Source: Candidatus Caldarchaeum sp. | GTDB taxonomy: Archaea > Thermoproteota > Nitrososphaeria_A > Caldarchaeales > Caldarchaeaceae | Reading direction: 5' to 3' | DNA length: 64,000 nucleotides | Assembly: GCA_038831915.1 (NCBI GenBank) | Contig: JAWBKB010000008.1 | Location: 1-64,000 of the forward strand | Notes under the pieces: model-generated | What the model saw: the letters and a program-made list of their open reading frames with translations, nothing else | What the model was told of the DNA's origin: nothing | Database searches by the model: none | Made by a program: the position numbers and the translations under genes | Shown: positions 30,936 through 40,685 of the stretch, piece by piece | Layout of the letters: each line of letters opens with the position of its first letter | Numbering within the stretch: the stretch's first letter is position 1

Positions 30936-32342
30936 CTAGAAGGGAAGCCTACCTTCTCGCCAGGTTTCGTTAATCCAGCTGTAAGCGAGTGTTCCTGCTT
31001 TTGGGTCGCGTACACCTTCCCATCCTTCAGGAACGGTTATCTTGGATATGGGGATGACGACCGGGTCGCTGAGAACGCTGAAACCATATCTCGGGTCGAT
31101 GCGTGAAATGCCCACGATTCCATCCTTGTAGCACTGATGTTTGTTGGGTTTGCTCGCTCTAACATGTATAGGCCCTGCAGGGCCGTAGAAGGTCGTTCCC
31201 TCCAACGCTTTTATGATGTCGTCGACTTCAGGCCATTTGCCAACGAGTTCGTATGCTTTTTCGACCGCAGCCTTGTACATGTAGACGGCTACGTATGCTC
31301 CTTCTGCTGGACTGTCAGGATAGGTCCCCCATCTGCGGAAATAGTTTTCGTTGAATGATTTGTTTTTGGGATATCCCGCCCAGTCAGGGTAGAGGAAGAA
31401 GTAGTTCGAATGAACCCCAGCGATGTGACCGTCTGGAAAGTCTTTGACTGCTTCAGCCGGTGAAGCACCGTGGGCGATGCATGAAACAAACTTCATTCTG
31501 TCGAACAGCCCGAACCCGAGCGCTTGTTTGTAGAAGTTGATGACATCCGCTCCCCAGAGAGATGAAACCAAAATGTCTGGTCTGTTGGCGATTATTTCAG
31601 TAATGTATGGCGAGAAGTCCGAAACTCTGAACAGCCCCGGGAACGATTCATAGACGACTTCGACACGGTCTTTGCCGAGAACTTTCTCGAACGTTATCTG
31701 TGTGTGTGCGTGTGCGTTCCGTCCGTAAGCGTAGTCCGGATGAATGTGGGCAATGCGAACACGGGGTTTTTCCATCAGGTTTAGCAGCTTTATCGCGCCG
31801 ATAGCCGCCGCGATGCCGTCGGCTGACTGTATGTTTGTAATTCTGAAGCTAAAACGCGGATCTGGAACAACAGATTCATAGAGGAAGTCCGTGCATCCGT
31901 CAACAAAAAACGTCAACTTCTGTAACTCTTCAGCTACAGGAGCGACTGCGGGAGTATTAGAAGATGAAATCAAGCCGACGAAAAAATCAATCTTTTCTTC
32001 AAGAACCAATGACCTATATTCCCTTACGGTTTCTTCAGGGGTTGTCTCGGTTTTCACAACATATTCGATTTTCCTACCGAGAATTCCTCCTCTTTCATTT
32101 ATTTCCTCTATGGCCAAAATGGCTCCTTGACTGGTCGGCTTTCCCCAAATTGCTCCGCCGCCTGTGAGGAATGCCTGTATACCGGCTTTAATCGGAGTAG
32201 TAGGAACAGGTTCTTTTACTGGAGCGGGAGCTGCGGTCAAAGTTCTGAATACTTCAGAACCACCGACACCTGCTACACCGCCGACAACCAAACCGCCGAC
32301 TAAACCTTTCACGAAATCTCTACGCGACGGTTTTGAACTCAT
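30936..32342 (-). CDS. livK: LivK-family substrate-binding protein, Tat-exported
   Basis: SRRDFVK Tat motif, EINERGGILGRKIE, PDYAYG. Confidence 0.85.
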   Translation of the reverse strand: MSSKPSRRDFVKGLVGGLVVGGVAGVGGSEVFRTLTAAPAPVKEPVPTTPIKAGIQAFLTGGGAIWGKPTSQGAILAIEEINERGGILGRKIEYVVKTETTPEETVREYRSLVLEEKIDFFVGLISSSNTPAVAPVAEELQKLTFFVDGCTDFLYESVVPDPRFSFRITNIQSADGIAAAIGAIKLLNLMEKPRVRIAHIHPDYAYGRNAHAHTQITFEKVLGKDRVEVVYESFPGLFRVSDFSPYITEIIANRPDILVSSLWGADVINFYKQALGFGLFDRMKFVSCIAHGASPAEAVKDFPDGHIAGVHSNYFFLYPDWAGYPKNKSFNENYFRRWGTYPDSPAEGAYVAVYMYKAAVEKAYELVGKWPEVDDIIKALEGTTFYGPAGPIHVRASKPNKHQCYKDGIVGISRIDPRYGFSVLSDPVVIPISKITVPEGWEGVRDPKAGTLAYSWINETWREGRLPF

Positions 32343-32456
32343 ACAATATTACATACCGATACGCCGGAATATAACATTTATAGTAAAGTTAATAAAACTC
32401 CAGTATAAACATCGCCAAACAAAACCTATAAACAACCAAACAAAATAGAGAAACGA

Positions 32457-32564
32457 AGCCCGGTCGTCTAGCGGTCAAACGGTCAGAAGGGCCAAGGATC
32501 TCGGGCTCTGGATCATGTGAGGGGAACCCCGAGGACGCCGGTTCGAATCCGGCCCGGGCTACCA
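32457..32564 (+). tRNA. tRNA-Gln(CUG) with two introns (32479-32495 at ~21/22; 32512-32526 at 37/38)
   Basis: Acceptor AGCCCGG/CCGGGCT-A-CCA, T arm GCCGG TTCGAAT CCGGC, anticodon CTG at 32508-32510, BHB-like motifs at both introns. Confidence 0.93.
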
Positions 32565-32862
32565 TGATTTTTACATGATGTGGATTTGTGATGTCGTTGA
32601 CGGGGCGTGCGGAATAGTGGGTTTTTGAATTCGAGAGATGCGTGAATGCGCTGAGTTTTTCTTTTCGGTGTCGTGTGAGTTCTATGCATGTCGAGGCCTC
32701 CGTTAAGCGTGAAGGGAGGCTGGATAAATTGATGGAAAATTACTTGTTTATTCCGTCAAACAGTTACGAATGCCGTTCTACGAGATTTGTGTTTGCCGAA
32801 GTTGTCGTGTAGTTCAATAAACGATGCAGTGACGACAAAAAACCTTAGGGGATGTGTGAATT

Positions 32863-33576
32863 TCATGTTTCGCCGCCGACGGCGAGGTATTTTTTAATCA
32901 GATCTCTTTCTTTGTGGATTGTTTGTGGTGTCGATTCGAGGACGATTTTTCCACCAACCATGACTAAGAACCTATCAGCTATGCCAGTTAGCATGTTGTA
33001 ACGTGTTCCCTGTTCGACGAGAAACACCGTCAAACCTGTTTTCTTCATGGTTGTAAGCATATCGTAAATTTTCCTAGCGACGATTGGGCTCACTCCTTCG
33101 GTCGGCTCGTCGACCAAAATAACTGATGGATTCATGTAAAGAAAACGCAGCAGCCCAACAATTTTCTTCTCGCCACCGCTCAGCGAATCGGCGCGTCTTT
33201 CGAGCAGGTTTTTGATTTCAGGATATATTTCGGAGGCTTTTGATAGGTCGATGTTTTTTCTTCCTGCGGCTAGTCGAAGGTTGTCTACGACTGATACGCC
33301 GGGTATCAATCCGGCATAATCAGGCATGTAGGCAATTCCTTTGGAAGCGATTACGTTCGTCGGCAACCCGGTTATGTCAACACCGTTGAGCAGCACTTTT
33401 CCTTTCTTTGAAAGTTCGATGTTCATTATTGCTTTCAAAAGAGTTGTTTTGCCGACGCCGTTCCGGCCAATTAAGGTGACAATTTCCCCTTTTGATAAGC
33501 TAAGGTTAACGCCGAAAAGTATTTGGGCTCTGCCGTAAAACGCCTGAAGGTCGACAACTTTCAAAACCTCACTCAA
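32863..33576 (-). CDS. livF: Branched-chain amino acid-type ABC ATPase
   Basis: GRNGVGKTT, LSGGE, VDEPTEG. Confidence 0.88.
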   Translation of the reverse strand: MSEVLKVVDLQAFYGRAQILFGVNLSLSKGEIVTLIGRNGVGKTTLLKAIMNIELSKKGKVLLNGVDITGLPTNVIASKGIAYMPDYAGLIPGVSVVDNLRLAAGRKNIDLSKASEIYPEIKNLLERRADSLSGGEKKIVGLLRFLYMNPSVILVDEPTEGVSPIVARKIYDMLTTMKKTGLTVFLVEQGTRYNMLTGIADRFLVMVGGKIVLESTPQTIHKERDLIKKYLAVGGET

Positions 33577-34265
33577 CCCAGATACACCTCCCTAACTCTT
33601 TCGTTCACGGCTATTTCTTGAGGCGGGCCGTCAGCTATAATTTCACCCCGATGCATAACCACTATTCTTTTAGAAAGGGTGAAAACCACGTCCATGTCAT
33701 GTTCCACGACGACTAATGACGTCCGCGCCGACAGCTGCTGCAGCAGCAGCGCTATTATCTTTTCTTTTTCCGCAACGTTGAGCCCTGCTGTTGGCTCATC
33801 TAGCAGAAGAATTCTCGGTTTTGAGATAATTGCCATCCCGAGTTCGAGGATCTTCATCAGACCGAAGGGCAGCTGGCCTGCTTTGATGTCTAAATAAGGC
33901 TTCAGTCCCAGCTCTTTGACGATTTCGTCATAATTTTCGCTGTTTTCTCCACCAGCGACGCGTAGGTTTTCCCTAACGCTTAGTGATTTGAAAACGCTGG
34001 GGACTTGGAAAGTTCTGTTAAGGCCTTTTTTCACTCTTTGATGGGCTGGGATGCTTGTTATGTCTTCGCCGTCCAGAAGAAAGCGACCACTATCAGCATG
34101 GAGTTTGCCGGAAATCACGTTGACTAGCGTGGTCTTTCCCGCACCGTTTGGCCCGATTATCGCCGTCCTCTCGCCCTCGTAGAAACTAACTGAGACTTTG
34201 TTAACTGCGATGAATTCGCCAAATTTTTTCACCACTCCTTCCGTTCTTAAAACCTCCTTAGCCAT
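33573..34265 (-). CDS. livG: Branched-chain amino acid-type ABC ATPase
   Basis: GPNGAGKTT, LLDEPTAG, VEHDM. Confidence 0.9.
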   Translation of the reverse strand: MAKEVLRTEGVVKKFGEFIAVNKVSVSFYEGERTAIIGPNGAGKTTLVNVISGKLHADSGRFLLDGEDITSIPAHQRVKKGLNRTFQVPSVFKSLSVRENLRVAGGENSENYDEIVKELGLKPYLDIKAGQLPFGLMKILELGMAIISKPRILLLDEPTAGLNVAEKEKIIALLLQQLSARTSLVVVEHDMDVVFTLSKRIVVMHRGEIIADGPPQEIAVNERVREVYLG

Positions 34266-35191
34266 AGTCTTTCCACCAAAGCTACGAGGCCTCCCCTAGC
34301 CCCCAGTAGCAAAGCTATTAAAACAATTCCCATGAAAAGTTGCCAGAATTCCGCTATTCGCGCGGTCAGAGTAGTGATTATGACGAAAATCAACGCTCCC
34401 ACAGACGGGCCCATGAAATACTGCGCTCCACCTAACAAGGTCATGATTAAAGGCTCCGCGGCGAAAGTCCAGTAAGCGATGTCAGGTGTTACCGTGCGCA
34501 TGAGTAACGCATATAGCGAACCCGCGAGACCACTGAACGTCCCTGAAATCAGCAGCCCAAGGACCCTGTATCGGTAAACGCTTAAGCCGGAAAAACTAAA
34601 TCTATCTTCGTTGTCCCCTAACGCTTTTAGTTTTAGTCCAAGCTTGGACGAGTCAACCCATTTTAGGAAAATCATGGACAGTGTGAAGAACGCGAAAAGT
34701 AATGGATAGTAGGCTTCGACGGTGGGCAGGGTGAAGAAAATCGATGTCCGAGGTATGCCGGATATGCCGTCGCTGCCTCCTGTGACATGCCGCCATTTTA
34801 TCAGCAGTGAATAGAAAAGCATGGCGAAGGCGAGGGTGAGCATAGCGAAATAGATGCTGCCGTGTCGGAGGGTTAAAGCCCCAACCGCTATCGCAAGCAC
34901 AAACGCGAATCCCACTCCAACAACTATGCCGACAAACATGTCAGGAACCAACTGAGTTGTGATGAGCGCCACTCCGTAGGCGCCTGCTGCGAAGAAAAGG
35001 GAATGTCCAAAAGAAACGTGTTTCAAGTAGCCGAAGACGATGTTATATGCGCTGGCGAATAAGGTAAAGACCATGAATAACGAGGCGAGATAGATGATGA
35101 ACCTGTCGCCTGTCAAACTTGTAGCGGCTGTCGCGACCAGCATGGCTGCAAAAGCCCAGTTCCGGTTCATCGTTCGCCGAATATTCCCCAT
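34247..35191 (-). CDS. livM: Branched-chain amino acid-type ABC permease
   Basis: SFGHS, YFAMLTLAF, TGGSDG. Confidence 0.88.
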   Translation of the reverse strand: MGNIRRTMNRNWAFAAMLVATAATSLTGDRFIIYLASLFMVFTLFASAYNIVFGYLKHVSFGHSLFFAAGAYGVALITTQLVPDMFVGIVVGVGFAFVLAIAVGALTLRHGSIYFAMLTLAFAMLFYSLLIKWRHVTGGSDGISGIPRTSIFFTLPTVEAYYPLLFAFFTLSMIFLKWVDSSKLGLKLKALGDNEDRFSFSGLSVYRYRVLGLLISGTFSGLAGSLYALLMRTVTPDIAYWTFAAEPLIMTLLGGAQYFMGPSVGALIFVIITTLTARIAEFWQLFMGIVLIALLLGARGGLVALVERLWLRRF

Positions 35192-36027
35192 GGTCTCACC
35201 AACAATACGGCAACCATGATGGCGAAGATCAGCAAGATGTCAACTTCGGGGAAGAACAAGATGAAGATGCTTTCGGATATTCCGACAAGCATGGATGCTA
35301 TGAATGCTCCGAATAGGTTGCCGAGGCCTGCGATAACCACTATGATGAAAGCGGTGATTATTAGAGAGTCGCCGAGCCCCGGAGCTACTGGTGTGAAAGC
35401 TACCATGGTGGCTCCTCCGACTCCCGCGAGAAGAGACCCAATGAAAAACGTGACGGTGAATATTCGCCGCGTATTTATCCGAAGAGATTCGGCGACGAAA
35501 AGGTCTCGCCACGTCGCCCTAACTTTGAGACCCCAAAACGTCTTTTCAATCAAGTAGTAAAGGAGAAGAAGTGTGGCGACTGCTAACCCAATTACTACGA
35601 AGTAAAATGCTGGGAAGGCTCTGTCGCCGATTAGCACGGCTGTGGCTAGTTCACGTGGTAGACGTGTTGTCTGGGATGCAGGGCCCCAAATGTATTTCGT
35701 GACGTCGTTGATGACAAGTGTGAGACCGAAGGTCATGAGAAGTTGGTAGATATTTTCGATTCGGTAGAGACGACGCAACAGAAGTATTTCGGCTACTGCG
35801 CCGATTACACCAATCAACAGCCCGGACAGCAGCACAGTGACAACGAAGTTGCCGGTAAGCGCAAAAAAAGTAAGCGCGACATAGCCACCTAAAACAAAGA
35901 AGGCGGCGTGGGCGAAATTGACCACTCTCGTTACGCCAAAAATTAGCGTCAGGCCCGCAGCGATGAGCCAGTAATATGAAGCTCTAAACAGTCCTGTGAA
36001 TAGCTGGTAAAAAATGATGTCTATCAT
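35167..36027 (-). CDS. livH: Branched-chain amino acid-type ABC permease
   Basis: GLTLIFGVTRVVNFAH, RPWGIFG. Confidence 0.9.
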   Translation of the reverse strand: MIDIIFYQLFTGLFRASYYWLIAAGLTLIFGVTRVVNFAHAAFFVLGGYVALTFFALTGNFVVTVLLSGLLIGVIGAVAEILLLRRLYRIENIYQLLMTFGLTLVINDVTKYIWGPASQTTRLPRELATAVLIGDRAFPAFYFVVIGLAVATLLLLYYLIEKTFWGLKVRATWRDLFVAESLRINTRRIFTVTFFIGSLLAGVGGATMVAFTPVAPGLGDSLIITAFIIVVIAGLGNLFGAFIASMLVGISESIFILFFPEVDILLIFAIMVAVLLVRPWGIFGER

Positions 36028-36042
36028 GAGTTTGTTAGATGG

Positions 36043-37413
36043 TTAGGTGAACGGTGGATGCCTGTAGTATTCCCACGCAGACCTGGTTACGAGATTGGTT
36101 AGCTGTGGAATTTCACCGCCTGCATGTGAAATCTTTCCATACGGCACATCGTACAGAGCTTGGTGGTCTTCAGGTCTTATCCATCGAGCGCCGGCGGGTG
36201 AAATTATCACACGCCCTTCGAGTTCCCTGATTAGAGTGTCGACGTCGAATGTCCCAACTGATTCGAGAGCTGACTTGAGGAGATAGAGCGCGGTGTAGGT
36301 GGCTTCAGCTGAATATGGCGGATATTTGCCAAACTTGTTTCTGAACGCTGTAACGAACCGTTTGTTTATTTCGGTGTTGGGGTAGAACCAAACATATCTG
36401 CCCGATACCCAGGTGCCGTAACGCGCCGTCGGGTATTCTGCGCCGAGTTCATAAGCAACATCGGTGGAATAGCCCATCGGGTTGATGACCGCCTGCAACC
36501 TGTCATACGCTCCAAGCGTTTTTAACTGTTTGTGCATAGTTACTGCCTCAAGGGCCCAGTTGACTGAGAAAAGACCTTCCGCGCCCGAAGCCAAAACCGC
36601 GGAAATGAAAGGCCCGAAATCCGTCGTGCCGGGGCTTCTGTTGAACTGTTCAGACACAAACTGTACATCTGGTCTCAGAGATGAAAGGGTTTTCTTGAAG
36701 AATTCCCACGAAACTCTTCCATATTCGTAGTCTGGGTTTATTCCAGCCCACTTAGTAACAGGCAAATCTTTCGCAACGTAGGCTCCTAAGATACCGTCCT
36801 GGTAGACAGGAACTGACACTCGGAAGATATTTCTGATTTTTTGCTGGTAGACGAGTTCTTCCGTTAGTCGATGGGTTGCCGCATGTGTTACGATGAGGAT
36901 TTTGTTGAGTTCCTGGGTTACGGGACCGACCCGCATGGCATTGCCGCTAGAATCGATGCCGACGAGAAAATCAACCCGTTCGGCTTCCACAAGTTCCCGT
37001 GCCTGTTTTACCACGTCAGCGGCTTCATCTCGTATTACAAGCTCGATCTTGCTTCCCAATATTCCGCCAGCGTTGTTGATTTCTTCCGCGGCCAGCCGCG
37101 CACCTTGTTCGATGAAAGTTCCGTAAGTTGCCCAGGGGCCGGTTCTAATTCCGAGAACACCTATTCTGACGGTATCTTTCGGAAGTTTCCGAACAGCGGT
37201 AACTTCCCTCGTTGTCGTGACTGTCGTAGTGACTGGAGAAGTTACCGTCACAGTTCTTTCTCCAGCCCCTGCCGTAACTGTGGTGGTGCGCAAAATTTCA
37301 CGTGTTTCAGTTGGCTTTACAGCCCATCCAACTCCAACACCGACCGCAAGACCAACGGCACCTGTCACAAGTGTCGAGATAAAGCCACGCCTAGTAGAGT
37401 TTCCTGATGTCAT
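36043..37413 (-). CDS. livK: LivK-family substrate-binding protein, Tat signal and Thr-rich linker
   Basis: TRRGFI, EINNAGGILG, PDYEYG. Start moved to ATG 37413, downstream of the TATA element. Confidence 0.85.
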   Translation of the reverse strand: MTSGNSTRRGFISTLVTGAVGLAVGVGVGWAVKPTETREILRTTTVTAGAGERTVTVTSPVTTTVTTTREVTAVRKLPKDTVRIGVLGIRTGPWATYGTFIEQGARLAAEEINNAGGILGSKIELVIRDEAADVVKQARELVEAERVDFLVGIDSSGNAMRVGPVTQELNKILIVTHAATHRLTEELVYQQKIRNIFRVSVPVYQDGILGAYVAKDLPVTKWAGINPDYEYGRVSWEFFKKTLSSLRPDVQFVSEQFNRSPGTTDFGPFISAVLASGAEGLFSVNWALEAVTMHKQLKTLGAYDRLQAVINPMGYSTDVAYELGAEYPTARYGTWVSGRYVWFYPNTEINKRFVTAFRNKFGKYPPYSAEATYTALYLLKSALESVGTFDVDTLIRELEGRVIISPAGARWIRPEDHQALYDVPYGKISHAGGEIPQLTNLVTRSAWEYYRHPPFT

Positions 37414-37438
37414 AACAAAATTTGGAATCGTCTGTCTA

Positions 37439-37452
37439 ATATATATATATAT
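37439..37452 (-). promoter_or_regulatory. (AT)n TATA element of the second liv operon
   Basis: ATATATATATATAT about 26-39 nt upstream of ATG 37413. Confidence 0.5.
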
Positions 37453-37942
37453 TTCCCCTATTTGCCGGAAACACCGCGTCGAAAAATACCCATCACTATT
37501 GCCCGGGCTCAAAGGCTGAGTTCTCCCCAATCATTCGTGAGTTTTGGATAAAAACCATAATTCATTCGAGACGTTGGAAAACTGGTTTTCGTCAGGCTTT
37601 TTCCTTCATAACGGGGCAAGGTGAATGACCTGATAAATATGTTATCTAAGGGCTGAAAAGGACAAGGTCAACATCGGTAACGCATGGTCGGGCACCGAGG
37701 AATGGCGTGTCTACTGTTCTGCAGTTTGGATGTGGCGAAAAAGATTGTCGCGCAAGCCAAACACTTGACCGAAACTACGATGCAGATGACATTTACGTGC
37801 TACATCGGTACGTTCAGCGACATCGACAAATCTGCATCTAAGTGAATGCATGATTTCCAGTCAGTTAAGCGTGTTAGCGAAACCATGTGGAAGATGTAAA
37901 ACTTCGTAAGCGTGACAAAGCTTGTTTGAACCATGAACTGAG

Positions 37943-39523
37943 TCATTCGACCACGTTCGTTCTAGCCTGCTCTCTCAAGAAAGTCAGTAGGTAGTGTGGG
38001 CCGCCGACGCCTTTGCCGGTTGCTCCGCTTGCCTTCCATCCGACAAATGTCTGGGCGCCCGGCCATGCACCGGTTGTTGCACCTCCGCGTCTGTTTGCAT
38101 ATGTGACGCCGAACATGATGTTGTTGAAGAAGTAATCGATTTCCTTGGGGTCTTCGCTGAATATTCCGGCTGTAAGCCCGTATTCTGTGTCGTTCGCAAG
38201 CCGTAAAGCTTCTTCTAAATCGGTGAATTCGTCGACGAGGAGTATGGGGAGGAAAAGCTCCTGCTTGAAGAGCGGATGATTCCGCGGAACCTTATCGATT
38301 ATCGTCGGCTGCACGTAGAAGCCTTTGTCATATTCGCCGCCGGCGAGAACTTCACCACCGTATAGTATTTCACCGCCCGCGTTCTTCGCTTCGTTGACAT
38401 ATTTTTTGAAGTTTTCAACTGCTCTGGTGTTGATGACTGGCCCGAGGAAAACTTCTCTTTTTCTCGGGTCGCCTATTTTGATGGCGCTCGTCTCCCTCAC
38501 CAATTCTTCGAGGAAACGCTGTTTGGTTCCTTTGTGGAGATAGAGCCTTGAGGTGGCTGAGCATTTTTGGCCGCCGTAGCCGAACGCTGCACGGATGACG
38601 CCTTGGACAGCTTTCTTGATGTCTGCTTTGTCGGTTACTATTGTTGGGTTTTTGCTGCCCATTTCGAGAACAATCGGTTTGGGGTATGGTTGGGATGATG
38701 TGAAGCGGCGGTAAAGCCTCATACCAACGTCTTTCGAACCTGTGAAAGCGATTCCGGCCACTTCTGGGTTTGACACGATTTCGTCTTCAAAGGCAGAACC
38801 TGGGCCTGTTATGAAGTGGATGGCGTCTGGAGGAACGCCCGCGTCTCTAAACACTTGGTAGAGCAGTAGGCCGGATAGCGGTGTTTCACTGGTTGGTTTG
38901 AACACGACTGTGTTACCCGTGATGAGCGCTCCGAGCATCATGCCGTTCGCCAACATGAAGGGGAAATTGAAGGGTGAAATCACAACCCAGACACCGTAGG
39001 GTCTTGTGACCATTTTACAGATTTCACCCGGCCCGCCGGGCCCCATTTCCTTCTCGTAGCCGTTGTTTTCCTCCATGATACGGGCGTAATACTTCAGAGC
39101 GTCGATACCCTCCCAACATTCCGCAAGAGCTTCCAGCCGGTTCTTCCCAGCTTCATAGGTTATCACGGCCGCGATTTCGAACTTCCTCTCGTCAATCAGT
39201 TCAGCGGCCCGCCTCATCACACGGACTCTTTCACGCCAATCCGTGTTAGACCATTTCTCGAAACCGCGTTTAGCCGCTTCGATGGCCCGTCTCAAATGGC
39301 TTGCGTTTCCCTTCTGAAAATATCCAACGATGATAGACCTGTCAATCGGGCTGCGGGTTTCAAACTCACCATCTTCCGAATAAATTTCTTGACCATTGAT
39401 GTACATCGGATAGTGTTTGCCGAGAAACTTGACTTCAACATCTTTCAGAGCTTTCTCATATGCTGGATGAATACTTTCATCGGCAAAAAGCGAAACATAT
39501 GTTATTTTGCCTGATGCGGACAT
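37943..39523 (-). CDS. Aldehyde dehydrogenase, 1-pyrroline-5-carboxylate dehydrogenase-like
   Basis: SPFNFP, FTGS, EMGSKN, GQKCSA, YGLTAG, NRRGGATTGA, GGPHYL. Confidence 0.85.
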   Translation of the reverse strand: MSASGKITYVSLFADESIHPAYEKALKDVEVKFLGKHYPMYINGQEIYSEDGEFETRSPIDRSIIVGYFQKGNASHLRRAIEAAKRGFEKWSNTDWRERVRVMRRAAELIDERKFEIAAVITYEAGKNRLEALAECWEGIDALKYYARIMEENNGYEKEMGPGGPGEICKMVTRPYGVWVVISPFNFPFMLANGMMLGALITGNTVVFKPTSETPLSGLLLYQVFRDAGVPPDAIHFITGPGSAFEDEIVSNPEVAGIAFTGSKDVGMRLYRRFTSSQPYPKPIVLEMGSKNPTIVTDKADIKKAVQGVIRAAFGYGGQKCSATSRLYLHKGTKQRFLEELVRETSAIKIGDPRKREVFLGPVINTRAVENFKKYVNEAKNAGGEILYGGEVLAGGEYDKGFYVQPTIIDKVPRNHPLFKQELFLPILLVDEFTDLEEALRLANDTEYGLTAGIFSEDPKEIDYFFNNIMFGVTYANRRGGATTGAWPGAQTFVGWKASGATGKGVGGPHYLLTFLREQARTNVVE

Positions 39524-39914
39524 GGCCTTCAGCTTAATAGCAGGCGTGTGACTTTTAAAAAGTTTTTGGCAGCCTCACTCGCCTCGGCCCGGGTTTCACC
39601 ATGCTCGAACCCAGCTCTAACATCATTATTTTTAGAGCTAGTTTAGGTGAGACTTGTTAAGATTAAAAGCATCGGAACCAGCGAATCACGCCTTTCTGCT
39701 TCTTCGAAAAACGAGTGAACGTTGCATGCAAGAGTGAACGCCATGTAATTATCTTCAACAGCTTCGCTGCTGTGAGACCAGAACATTCGCCTCGAATTCA
39801 GTCCCTTGATGCTCAGAAAATAAAGCCAGAATAAGCTCGTGTTTTTGCGAACCTTCGACCCGATGCGGCGCGGCCAATCACCGCCTCAACATACCAACGC
39901 AACAAGCACATTCG

Positions 39915-40685
39915 CTAACGACGCATCATGGTTTCCATGATTTTTTGATGGAACTTTGCCGCGGTTTCTCTCGGGTCGGATGAATACACTATGGACCTGC
40001 CGATGTTGACGATGAGCCGGCCGCCTGCCTTCAGCGCGGTATCAATATCACCTCCTTGAGCACCGACACCCGGGAAGAGAATGATCTTTTCGTCACCTAA
40101 GAAACTTCTTATTGCTAAAACTTCTTCTGTAGTTAGTTGGGGATGAAGGCCGACCACAACGCCTTCAGCACCGTAATCATGTGTTTCAGCGAGTATTTTT
40201 TCGTAAAGTTTTCTTCCGTCCGCAAGTTGTTGGCGGAAAAATTTTTCCGATTCCTTGTTTGATGGATGAAGCAAAACCAAAGTGCCGACGCTGTGTTCTC
40301 TGCCGTATTTAACTGCCGTGGGAAGCGTTCCCATGACCGGGTTGAAGGTGATAAAATCGTAGCCCATTTCTGCGACGAGGATTATCCCCGCTCGAACGGT
40401 GTTTTCGATGTCGCACATTTTACAGTCGTAGATGGCTACGCATCCCTCTTCGTGGATTTTATCGGTAAGTTTTCGATGGTCTTCGGCTGAAAAATCCCTT
40501 ACAAAGTTCTCGTTTACTTTGACTGCTGAGACAAATTCAGCCACCGCGTCGACTATGTTCATGCAGAACCGATGTTTTTCAAACGTGTTTCGATGCAGCA
40601 GCGGGTCAGGGTCAAGGCCGAGACAGAGAACTGATTTCTTCGCTGACACGGCTTCGTCAAATTTTTCAACAGGATGTTTGTTCAT
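39915..40685 (-). CDS. pyrF: Orotidine-5'-phosphate decarboxylase
   Basis: LCLGLDP, DCKMCDIENT (DxKxxDIxxT), PGVGAQGG, GRSI. Confidence 0.92.
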   Translation of the reverse strand: MNKHPVEKFDEAVSAKKSVLCLGLDPDPLLHRNTFEKHRFCMNIVDAVAEFVSAVKVNENFVRDFSAEDHRKLTDKIHEEGCVAIYDCKMCDIENTVRAGIILVAEMGYDFITFNPVMGTLPTAVKYGREHSVGTLVLLHPSNKESEKFFRQQLADGRKLYEKILAETHDYGAEGVVVGLHPQLTTEEVLAIRSFLGDEKIILFPGVGAQGGDIDTALKAGGRLIVNIGRSIVYSSDPRETAAKFHQKIMETMMRR

